A DNA stretch of 64,000 nt from Amoebidium appalachense (Eukaryota > Protista > Ichthyosporea). Made by a program: the position numbers and the translations under genes. How positions within the stretch are numbered: the first letter of the stretch is position 1; the number at the start of each line of letters is the position of its first letter. The stretch lies in the NCBI GenBank assembly GCA_963693365.1, contig CAVNZM010000006.1:7667264-7731263 (forward strand). Reading direction: 5' to 3'. Of the stretch, positions 1 to 31,827 are shown piece after piece. The notes below the pieces were generated by a model. It was not told the origin of the DNA, did not search any database, and saw only the letters and a program-made list of their open reading frames with translations.

Positions 1-270
1 GCGGGTTGTGTCATGTCGCAACAAGGAAAAAAGAATCACCGCATGTGTTTTTGTGTCTGTCTTCATTCCCCTCAGGTCAATACCGTTCCACCTGCCCACA
101 CATGGACATAGACCAACACATGCAGATCAATGCCACACACACATGTAGACACACACATATGTACAGATAAACCCACACGCACACACACGAAGACACACTT
201 ACACGTACAGACAACACACACACACACACACACATAGAGAGAGAGAAAGAGACGCTTTCACATGCAAACA

Positions 271-374
<104 letters not shown>

Positions 375-417
375 TTAGAGGCACTAAACCCCTTCTCTGA
401 CTCTCCCCACTCACCAG

Positions 418-1352
418 GGCTGGCCCGCACCGTGTCTTTGGAAAACGAGCCTGATTCACTTGCAAAGACAATCTGCGGCACACCATACTACATGTCTCCG
501 GTACGTTCAACCCCCCCCCCCCTCCCCCCTCTCTCTCTACCTCTCGAAAGCTTCTCCAAGCGTTTTCCCCCCCCCCCTCTTGGTCATCTTTTCTACAACC
601 CTTATTTTTCCTGGCCCATGCCCCCCCCCTCCAAATCCCCCTTGTGGAGGTATAGGAACCCCCCTTATGATGGGCCCTGTTCAAGTGTCTTCTGTCTGCA
701 CGCTTAACTTGTTTAGTTTTGGGTTTCTCGCTTTTTGTGACGTTTTTGTTGTTGCTCTTTTTGTCTCCTCCATGTTTCCAACCCTCTAACGCACACACCC
801 GGGTTGACCCACCCAAGTTCAGTTGATGCTGCTGTCTGAGTTGGAGTGTCGTATATACGCGGGCTAAGGGGTCGAAACTCAGACGCAATTGATGACTTGG
901 GCCCTCCCTGAGGATGGGCCCTGCTTATGACGCATACTGTGCTGTTGCATACTTGAATGTTTGCCTTTGCATGTGTCCTGCACCATGCTTCTCATCATGT
1001 ATGCGTATTTCGTACTGTGTTCCGCATTCAAACCTGCTCCCCCCATTCTCTTCCCGCTTCCAACTGCCCCTTCATTTCTTAGTACCACACGGCAAACACG
1101 CTGCTGAGTGGAGTTGATTGCCTTTTTAAGCAATTGTGAATAACCTTTCTGCTCCTCCACCAACCCCTCACATCCACTTCCCTCCCCCCACCACCACCAC
1201 GACCAGATTCCCCATTCTCCCATCCGCTTTCCCGCCTACCTAGTCCACGCGCGCTCATGCGTGCACACACATGCAAAGATTAGGTGTCTCTATACACCTT
1301 TAACACTAAACCCGTGTAATACACCCACACATATGTCTGCCCTACAAACCTT

Positions 1353-1427
<75 letters not shown>

Positions 1428-1535
1428 CGTATTGTGCATGTGCAGGAGCAAATGCGTGCCAGCCGCTACAACGACAGAGCGGACATCTGGGCCCTTGGGT
1501 GCCTCATCTACGAAGTCTGCTGTCTCAGGTAATCC

Positions 1536-1589
<54 letters not shown>

Positions 1590-1949
1590 GTGGTTGGGTA
1601 AGTGGGTGGGTGGGTGGGTGGGTGTTTGTGTGTTGTGGGTGGGTGGGTGGGCGGGTGGGTTTGTGGGTGGGTGTGGGTGTATGGGTGGGTGGGTGTGGGT
1701 GTGTGTATATGGGTGGAAGGATGTAGGCGTGGGTGTGGGTGTGCGCGTGGGTGGGTGTGTGCCTGCGGTTTTCAATGTGATTGTCGGTGGTGATTATGGT
1801 GATGAAGGAGGTGGGGAGGAGAGAAGAGAGGAGATAGAAGTGGAGAGGGACACGTTAGCATCCACATTGCGTACACTTTTACCTTTGTCATCTCTCTGTG
1901 TAAAGCATTTGATGTGCCACAGCTGACGTCCCGCGGGAACAACCCTATC

Positions 1950-1980
<31 letters not shown>

Positions 1981-2097
1981 AAAAAAAAAAAAAAAAAGAA
2001 AGAAAGAAAGAAAAAGAAAAGGGAAAGGAGGGGGGGGAAAGAAGCGGCTGATGAAAAGATGAAAGAACTTAAAAACATTCGGATACACACACAAGCA

Positions 2098-2139
<42 letters not shown>

Positions 2140-2522
2140 CACACACACGTACACGTACACGTACACACACGTACACGTACACACACGTACACGTACACGT
2201 ACACACACACACAGCACGCCGTTTGAGGGCAGCAACCAGCAGGAGCTAGCAGCAAACATCATCCGGGGGCAGTGTGCCGACCTGCCCCAAAACTACTCCA
2301 ATGCCCTGAGGACGGTGGTGGCTTCTATGCTTGCTGTGGAGGTGGGTAGCAAAAACGAGCAATGATCTATATGGCCAGTGGCTGGTTACGGATCCTCCAC
2401 CCCACTTTTCCAAGCTCCCACCCACCGTTCCTTCCCATCCACCGACACACTCCTCCATGCACATCAACCCACCCCTACCAATTTACCCAGCAACTGTGAA
2501 ACCCCGTTTCCCCCGTCCCCGT

Positions 2523-2556
<34 letters not shown>

Positions 2557-3885
2557 TACACACACACACACCACCACCACCACCACCACCTCCCGTCCCC
2601 CCCCCTCCCCCCCCCCCCCCCCCGCGTGCGCTTTCCCCAGTATAACAATTGCATGTACATTTACATTATACTTGTAACACTGGTATCTTAGGTCGACCGT
2701 GGTTGATGTATGGGTGTATGGGTGTGTGCGGGCGTGGAGGTTAGAAATGTGTAGTTTGCTGGAATTGGGAGGGAGGGAGAAGACCGTATGGAAGGGGTGA
2801 GGGAGGGAGAAGGGTTGGTGTGTGTGTCTGGAACAGTTTCCGATGGGCCATTTTTGTGATCCGAATATTTGTGGTTAATTATTGAAAAAAAAAACCAAAA
2901 AAAAACCACTACAGTGGTACCAGGGGCTTTTGAAGAGTTGTGCGTAGCTTCTTCTTTGTGTTTTGCATGCCTAGTAATCCTTTGATTAATAAGTTTGATT
3001 TGATTAAAAAATCCCTTGGATGCCTTTGATTTCTCGCACCGAGGTCTTTCAAGGTACAGAAGTGGCCGAAAAAAATTGGTGACTTATCACTGGTGTGTGC
3101 ATGGGGAACAAATAGTGTGTGTGTGTGTGTCTGCGTGTGCGTGGGGAGGGATGTGTGCGTGTTTGCGTGTGCATGTGTTTGTGGTTGGAGGGGTGGGGGT
3201 GGGGGGGGAGACAGTGAGAGAGGGAGGGATGTGATGGGTCCTCTTTTTGCTGTACGCCGTCACGATTTCGCATGCCATTACAAGTCCTGCATGGTGCCTC
3301 ATTTTCTTTTCTAAAAAAATTCAGTGTTTTCGTATTAGTATCTTGTTCTTACCACTTCCCCCCTCCCCCCCCCCCTCTACCCACCTGCAGCCGTCTCAGC
3401 GGCCCAGTGTTCAACAGCTAGCCAATGTGCAGGAGGTGTCCCTACAGATCCGTGAACTCACCCTAGAGTTCCAGTAGTTGCCCCCCCCCCCCCCCCCCCC
3501 CGTTTACCTTTCTCCCTCTGCACTCTTTTTCTTCCTGCTCCCCCTGCCTCTTTCTCTTTCGTTCACTGCCCCCCCCTCCCTCCCTTCTTCCTGCTTCTCC
3601 GCATCACACTTGATACACTTTGCCCCCCTCTGTTTTCGTGCAAAAAGAAAAGGGCAGGTGGGGGGGGGAGGGGGGAGGGGGGGTCCCATGATTTTGTTTT
3701 TCTCTCTGCCTTGCTCGTGTTGTTGTACCAAAGAATACATCGAATTCTTCTCTTATATCCCGACCTTCCTGTTCAGCTTGCTCGTCTTGAACCGTGGCTT
3801 ATTCTCCCTGTTCAGCAGGGATTGGGATTGGGCGCAATGCATAGATGCCCCCCCCCCCCCCCCCCCCCCCTCTCCCCCTCACAAC

Positions 3886-3916
<31 letters not shown>

Positions 3917-4346
3917 CGCTTCCCCCTCTAACTTTCTTATATAATGGGTGGTATGGAAAAAGAGCAGAGAAAGGGAGAGAGGAGCAGAGAGAAAGAAGAA
4001 AATGGGGGGGGGGGGGGGGGGAAGAAAAGAAAAAAAAACAGAGAAGGGGGAGCTTACAGAAGATGCAACGAAACCAAATAATCTAACCACACACAACTGC
4101 AGGCAAGGCATGCTCAAGCGTCGTGAGGATGCGCTTTTGGCCAGTGAGCGCAGTCTCTCTGAGCGCATGGCTGGGTTGAAGGTCATGGAGGACGAGTTGA
4201 GGGGGAAGGAGTACGAGCTGCAGGGTAAACATAAATTCCCACAAAACACACACACACACACACACACACACAGGGAGATGCAGATACAGTCACACATACA
4301 GACACAAGCACGCACACACACACACACACACCACCCCATACCCATG

Positions 4347-4403
<57 letters not shown>

Positions 4404-4486
4404 GCCGCCACTGCCACTGCCACTGCCACTGCCACTGCCACTGCCACTGCCACTGCCACTGCCACTGCCACACACACGTCCCCAGC

Positions 4487-4584
<98 letters not shown>

Positions 4585-5207
4585 CCACCGCCACGACCAG
4601 CACAAATACACATGCAGACACATTCCCACTAATATCAACAACAGATACACACAAACGCATGTGCGCGAACACACACACACATACAAACACACACACACGT
4701 GCAACCACATGACAGGGAACCACAACCAAGAACCAAAAAGCCTGGAAACGAAACCGGCTGCCAGTGTAGATTGCTTTCTGTTCGTATTGAAGGTTATGCT
4801 ATCTTATATTCAAGTATCAGACACTCTATATTTGTGTGTGTGTGTGTGTGTTCCTGGCTGTTCATGCATGTGTGTGTGTTGCCGGTGGTTTCTTTGTAAG
4901 ACTTTACTTTTCTTGGCCCTTGGATTTGATTTCCTCTGCCCTTTTCTTCTTCGATTGCTTCTTTATCCAATCCCGGTGGTTTTCCTTCTTTTCCCTCTCT
5001 TCTGTGCACCTTTGTGTTACCCCATGCGCTTGTCTTTTTTGGAAAACTGAACTTCACAAAAGGAAAACTGTTGCTAGAGCACAGCAGCCATTGTGACCGT
5101 ATGCGCTATGCAGTGTGGGAGAGGAATCTGCGCACGTCTGAACGGACCATGGCTGGCCTTGCAAGGAGGAGAGAGATTGCCCTGGATGACAGGGAAAGAA
5201 TACTAGC

Positions 5208-5286
<79 letters not shown>

Positions 5287-5623
5287 CGCACTTGACCCCC
5301 CCTCCCTCACTCTCGTCCTTGAATATCTGGAAACTGTGTGTGTGTGTGTGTGTGTGTGCGTGCACCCACCATGCACCCCCACAGGCGCGCGTGCGCGTAC
5401 ATGCACGTGCACACACACACACACACACACCCATTACAATCTACCATCACACCTATCCAGGCGTGAGTAGGGATTACATCAATAGCTCAGATTTAGGCAC
5501 GCTGGGTTTCAGGGCAGGTGGTGGTGGTGGTGGGCGGGGGAGTGTGGGTGGGTGAGTGGGTGGGATGGTGGGTGTTTTTTTTTTTTTGGTTTTTTTTTTG
5601 TTGTTTTTTTATTGTGGGAAGAA

Positions 5624-5655
<32 letters not shown>

Positions 5656-5978
5656 GCTGAGTTTTTGAATATTCCGGCAATGATGTAAGAATATTTCTTG
5701 TATTGTTACTTACTGCCATCACATGCAGAGAGGGAGGCAGCGCTTCCAGCCCGGGAGGAGGCCCTCTCCACTCGAAGCAGACCTCCCCTGCACAGGTACA
5801 CCCGACACACTCACATCAAACCACACGCAATTGGAGGCATACACACCCGTGGATACACGGACGTGCACACACACCACTATCTCTAGGCACACTACTACTA
5901 ATTGGTACTTAGATAGGCACACAATTCCTCCAACCAACCTATGAAACGAAGGTTTTGTTGACAAGTGAGCATACCCTC

Positions 5979-6019
<41 letters not shown>

Positions 6020-6151
6020 AAAAAAAAAAAGAAAGAAAGAAAGAAAGAAAATATGCATCGACCCTTTTTGAGTTCTTACAACAAACACTCTGTTTCCCTG
6101 TGTAGAAAAATCCGAGCATTTTCACTTTTTCACACATTTTTTGAGGCGGAG

Positions 6152-6194
<43 letters not shown>

Positions 6195-6254
6195 GGGGGG
6201 GGGGGGGGGGGGGGGGGTTGGAGGTGGGTGTTTTTTCTTTCTTTCTTTTTTTTT

Positions 6255-6285
<31 letters not shown>

Positions 6286-6675
6286 GGGTCGTTGATCCAT
6301 TCTCACTGCCATTTTTGCAGCAGCCCCACCTCCCACCCGTCCGGCAGCAACACGCAGCGCCCACCCCTCACACGGACAAACTCCACCCAAAGCACAGGGT
6401 CCACACATTCCTCCTTCTCCTCTGCCAAGTCTGTGCCCATTTCCATCCCTACCTCCGCGCCTCTTTCCGCCCGCACACCGAACCTGTCAACACACCGCGA
6501 AAGCTACCGAACAAACATTGCACCTGCACCCCTCTCAATTGCGGGCTCTTACTCAAGTGGTGCTTATGGGGTTGGAACTGCGAAATCGTCCGCGGGTTCT
6601 AAATATGGGAATGGTTTGCGTGCTTACGGAAAGGAAAACACGCCTTCGTTGAATTTTCTTCTGAATGGACGTTGA
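418..6675 (+). CDS. NIMA-related (NEK2/NIMA-like) Ser/Thr kinase, 5'-partial, with coiled-coil and C-terminal KEN box
   Basis: Phase-consistent GT-AG exons: 418-500 ([28 protein letters not shown]), 1446-1528 ([27 protein letters not shown]), 2215-2341 ([18 protein letters not shown]), 3391-3473 (PSQRPS), 4103-4224, 5114-5209, 5729-5795 (E/R-rich coiled-coil), 6321-6675 (S/T-rich tail, GKENTP, stop). GTPYYMSPE and DIWALGC are typical of NEK kinases. The N-lobe lies upstream of the window. Confidence 0.88.
823..1034 (+). mobile_element. Interspersed element family A (hammerhead-motif head), near full-length
   Basis: Near-identical to copies at 11791, 22542, 45220 and (minus) 35347. Head GTCTGAGTTGGAG...GGGGTCGAAACTCAGAC...CCCTCCCTGAGGATGGGCCCT; tail ends CGCATTCAAACC. 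Confidence 0.85.
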
Positions 6676-6746
6676 TGCCACTTGAGACAGTTGGTGGTTT
6701 CACGTTTCTCTAGTGACCTTGTATGTTCATGGGACGTGAGTGGGTT

Positions 6747-6780
<34 letters not shown>

Positions 6781-7002
6781 GGGGGGGGGGGGGGGGGGTT
6801 GGGTTGTGGAAAGAGTGAGAAGGTAATCCGAATTGGGAGACAGTTGCCTGATTGTGGTAGCACACACATTCACAGACAAATGTTTGTTTTGTAAGACGGT
6901 GTGTAGGGAATCCACGTGTGTGTGTGTGTGTGTGTTGTGTTGTTGATTTTTGTTTTTGTTTTTGTTTTGGATTTTTTTTTTCTTTTTTTCTTTTTTTTTT
7001 TG

Positions 7003-7035
<33 letters not shown>

Positions 7036-7211
7036 AGGAATTGAATGCAAACGGCATGCCGGTTCCTGCTATAATTTTCGAAGGACGAATGTAACTCTTT
7101 TTTTGTTGAAGGTTCATAGCAGTTTATTATGTTTCGTAGGTAACGAAATATGTGGTTTGTGTTTTGCTCAATGTCAACATCGAATTTTGCAAGAACCGGT
7201 GTTTTTATGAT

Positions 7212-7616
7212 CTATGCACATAAATAACTGCGTGTATACAGCATACCAGAAGTGTTTCACAACTACTACTGAACAATACAGATAAACGAAAAGTGGCTGG
7301 CCCACCTACACCTACCTATACGTACCTCCCCCCCCCCCCCCCCCCCCCCCCCTCCCCCCTCTCCTCCCTACACACACACACAGACCTATGCACATAAATA
7401 ACTGCGTGTTACAGTATACAGCATACCAGAATTTCCTCACAACAACGTAGTACTACTGAACACTACAGATAAACGAAAAGTGGCTAGCCCACCTATATAC
7501 ATACCCCCCTCCCCCCTCCCCCCTTTTCTCCCTCCCACGGCCGTCTAGAAACACCAGGTGTTTCTAGATGGCCGTGCTCCCTCCCTACCTACACACACAC
7601 ACACACACACAGACCC
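7212..7616. repeat. ~175-bp diverged tandem duplication, intergenic
   Basis: CTATGCACATAAATAACTGCGTGT...CAGATAAACGAAAAGTGGCT..CCCACCTA occurs at 7212 and 7386. Confidence 0.9.
7536..7576. mobile_element. 41-bp TIR-only hAT-like element with 8-bp TSD
   Basis: CACGGCCGTCTAGAAACACC-A-GGTGTTTCTAGATGGCCGTG (19/20 inverted match), flanked by CTCCCTCC at 7528-7535 and 7577-7584. Confidence 0.7.
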
Positions 7617-8078
7617 CCTTCATAGCTCTAATCTTACATTTCCCCGGTCCTCCTCCTTGTGACGTAGATATACATCGAGTCACCCCAGACACGGAAGCCC
7701 CCCAGATCAATAAACATCACGATGTAAATGGGGCTTCCGGGACCTGGCGTATTCAGTCTTTTCCTTGTCCAAAACATAGTTCTTGTCAACGAAAGCTGTG
7801 ACCATCCGTCCCCCATCCGACTTTCATCCGTGTTCAAATTCATATTCCCATCACATTTCGATGTCGCACCCTCTGGACTGAAGTGTTCCTATTGGTTCGG
7901 AACGCATCGATATCCTTTGGGATTCACTCCAGTCCATGCGGGCACTGCTTGTGGGCACACGGTGAACTGATCCGAGTTGTTCCGTCCAGTGATGTCGAGT
8001 GACTGTTTTTGTTACAGCAATCATTGGCAATACAAGCTTTTAGAATTGGGCATTAACTGAAAGGAAACCACCTAGAAA

Positions 8079-14334
<6,256 letters not shown>

Positions 14335-14886
14335 AATCTTACCAAAAATTGGTTCTTAATTTTTTCGTATTTATTAATTGTTTTTTGTGAATTTTTCAAT
14401 TTGATGGCAGTGCATATTCCTACTTTTTTTTTTTTAGTTATATGATATTCCTACTTTTTTTTCAGTTATATAATATTCCTACTTTTTTTTGTTTTATAAA
14501 AATATTGTCCCAACATTCTTTTATTTTTCCACATAAAAAGATTGTTGGTTTCTATAAATTTTTCAATTTGATTTATTAGCAGTTCATATTGTGCCTTGTG
14601 CCTTTCGGTGTTAAAAGAAGTCTTGGTTCTCACCGTGTGGGTAGAAACTGCAAACATGATTTGTCCCCTGGGCTTGGAAATGTGGCGTATATTTCACTTT
14701 TGGGGTTTTGTTTTTTTAACGTGTGCTTCGATCGTTTGTTTTCCATTTTCGAATGTCAGGCCCTCTACTCTTGGTTTCTTTATTTTCTTCTTTTCTTTGT
14801 TTGCTTGTTTGGCTGAATGGGTGGTGGGTGGGGGGTGTGGAGGGGGAGGGGAGGGGAGGGGAGGGGGGATAGGGTGTGTGTGTGTA

Positions 14887-14927
<41 letters not shown>

Positions 14928-15164
14928 TGCTGTGTTGCAATATAATCGAAGGTGAAAGTGCTAAATGTTCCTGACCTTTTTTTTTTCGAATGTGTTAGTA
15001 AGGAGTATTTCCCTTTTTGGCACACAAATGTAATCGAAGCAAAGTCAACGTTATGGTTGCGCGAATAAAAATCTGGCCAAGACTTGGCCAAGTAACGTGG
15101 AGTCGGTGACGTTGATATTGCCATCAAGCATATGTAAAGCGGAATGGCGGGAAGGATGGACGTA

Positions 15165-15710
<546 letters not shown>

Positions 15711-16037
15711 ACCACCCCCACCATTATGTACACCACTACCCACAAAAAAAAAAACAAAAAAAAAACGAAGTCGAGAAAACAGCTGGCTCTAAAACCTCGG
15801 GAATCATCATCGGCCTGGTGCCTCTGTTCGACGTCATCCGTGGCGCGACGCCGCTCCAGATTTTTAGGCGCGGTTGGATTTATCCAATTCACAGAGTCCA
15901 CACATTTAGACTACATAACGGTCATTTGTTGAAGTCCAGCAGTAGGCCCGGGGTGCGTAGTTTTTCAACGCCCGCTAGGTTGGAGTTGTAGTGATATTAA
16001 TTAGAATTGTCGAGCTATTATTAGCGAAGGCACAGCT

Positions 16038-29432
<13,395 letters not shown>

Positions 29433-29649
29433 GTCCAATCAAGAGGGCTGAATGAAACACTGACATTTCTGGGCTGTACATCCCATCTTCCTTCCCCCTT
29501 TAGGACCTCCCCCGCCCCCCCCCCCCCCCCCCCCCCCCCCCCTTCCACACACACACAATGACAATGGCACACGCACACGGAGACACATACACACAAAACA
29601 ACAACAATAACATCATACCCCACGACCTAGCGCAGGGTGGCCAGTAGTT

Positions 29650-29710
29650 GTATTGCGATAAACCAAGGTACCTTGGTTTATCGCAATACTTTGGTTTATC
29701 GCAATACAAC
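29650..29710. repeat. Perfect 40-bp palindrome plus duplicated right arm
   Basis: GTATTGCGATAAACCAAGGT-ACCTTGGTTTATCGCAATAC (29650-29689), then TTGGTTTATCGCAATACAAC. Confidence 0.95.
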
Positions 29711-29720
29711 AACATGCGCG

Positions 29721-29791
<71 letters not shown>

Positions 29792-30026
29792 GCACCCAAT
29801 AATGGAGAAACTGGTTAGCTTTTATTGCCTTACCATTAACGCCTATACCAAGTAGTGATCCAGCGAGAAGTTAGAATCTGATGTAGATAATACGCTAACA
29901 GTTTTGTTTTCAGCTGTGATTGATTCCTTCTCGCCTATGCTAGTTAGAACAGGGGTGCTGGTGTGTGTGTGTGTGTGTGTTTTGGTTTGTGTGTGCGTAC
30001 GTGTTTGTGTGTGTGTATTTTTTTTT

Positions 30027-30057
<31 letters not shown>

Positions 30058-31542
30058 TTGCCAAAACCGGAAGGAAGTGAAGCGTAACTAAAGTGAAATA
30101 AGTTCTTTCGTCTTGATCGTGCAAGCTACTCCCATTCCTTCCCTCAGCACCATGGTGTTGCGTCAAATTCTGGGTGTATTTTCTTTTTTTGCCCTGCGCG
30201 GAATTGTAAGACAGTTAGTGTGGAAAAAAAATAAGAGCGGGTGATACTATGTACGAATGTGTTTGTTTCAAAACTTTTGTAGTGTTTGGTAAGGGTGACG
30301 AACAAAGAACCCTTTGAATTTTGATGCTGTTAGTTGTGATATCGAAACCCTCGCTTACGCAATGGATGAAGTGCTACGTTATAACTTCCAAGAATAACTG
30401 AGCCATTACCATAAATAAACATTCTTTTCCACCGGTCTTGGGGTAATTATTTATCCGAAAGAGAAATCGGTTGGTGTGGCACAGACACAAAGAGATGAAG
30501 ACCTCCTCCCCTCCTTGGCGTGCGAACCCTCCAGATCCACTGAGAGAATGGACCCTACTTGACCCATGATCATATATCTAGCTTTGTTGTCACAAACACA
30601 CGGAGTGCAACTGGTGCCATTCCGATATCTCGTATACATGTTGACATTTCAACCTACCCCCCCCCCCCCCCCCCCCCCTCTCTCCCCACCCACCCACGCA
30701 AAGACACTGCCGCTGACCAACCAACTGCACGCCCGTGTATACGTGACACGTGTGCGCGCACACGCATGCGTGCTTATGTGCACGTATGCACATGCATATG
30801 CACACACACACGCACACACAATAATTCTTGGGTCTCCCCCTGCAACCTCGAGGCCTCGTGCCACGTGATCACAGCCTCAAGGGGATTGCAATTGTGGGGC
30901 GATCGTGATCAGCTGTTGTGCACGTAAAGCGTCTCGATTTGCACAGAGGTCACCCATATGAAAAGGTATTTTCTCTCAAATGTTGCATCCTTTTGTGTTG
31001 CTCTTTGTATTCGGAAGAAAGTTGATCCGGACCAGCCGGACCTCAGTCTCATGTACTTTATAAACTCGAGTCCAATTATCCCCCCCACCCCCTCCCCTCC
31101 CCGCCCCACGCTGCCGCCGTGGTCCCCACCCTTTTCTTTTTCTCGTTTTCTGCACAAAGTACTGCAGAAGCTAAAAAGTTTTTAGTGGTATGATCCTACC
31201 ACACTAGCTTCAGATCTGAACCAATTTTCAGTGCGAAAATCGGCTTGCTGATTGCCTAAGACATGTGTATTGGAGACAAGTCATATACTCAAACACACTG
31301 TACGTGTGTGACGTGCACACGGCCATTCGTGTACACGTGTACATGTGCATGCAATCAAACACGTACACACACGTGCACACACACACACGTCTATGTACAG
31401 ATACACACGTGGGCATGCACACTTCCACCCCTTCATCATGCACACGAAGAAGATTCACATCGTCCCTATTCACATACGCACGAACCTATAATCAATAAAA
31501 AACACACGTGTCGAATCACACACACGCACACACAAACATAAT

Positions 31543-31633
31543 TCACATCGTGTCTGGTCTAGCCACCTTTCTCAACTCCTTTGTTCGTGTCTTGGGGCAA
31601 AGCATCTCACACCAGCTGACCGGTACCATCGTA

Positions 31634-31689
<56 letters not shown>

Positions 31690-31693
31690 GCGT

Positions 31694-31751
<58 letters not shown>

Positions 31752-31776
31752 GTGTGTGTGCGTGTGTGTGTGTGTG

Positions 31777-31827
<51 letters not shown>

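Noticed and set aside
858-873. HDV-like ribozyme reading (GGCTAAGGG resembles J4/2)
   Set aside because: I could not build the nested P1/P2/P3/P1.1 pseudoknot, and the catalytic C is absent in families B and C.
889-911. Box C/D snoRNA reading of family A (TGATGA...CTGA)
   Set aside because: Boxes are only ~12 nt apart, there is no clear terminal stem or guide, and box C is not intact in family B.
30330-31200. Possible small gene between UCKL1 and CSL4
   Set aside because: Unique islands are present, but I found no phase-consistent exon chain or recognisable motif.
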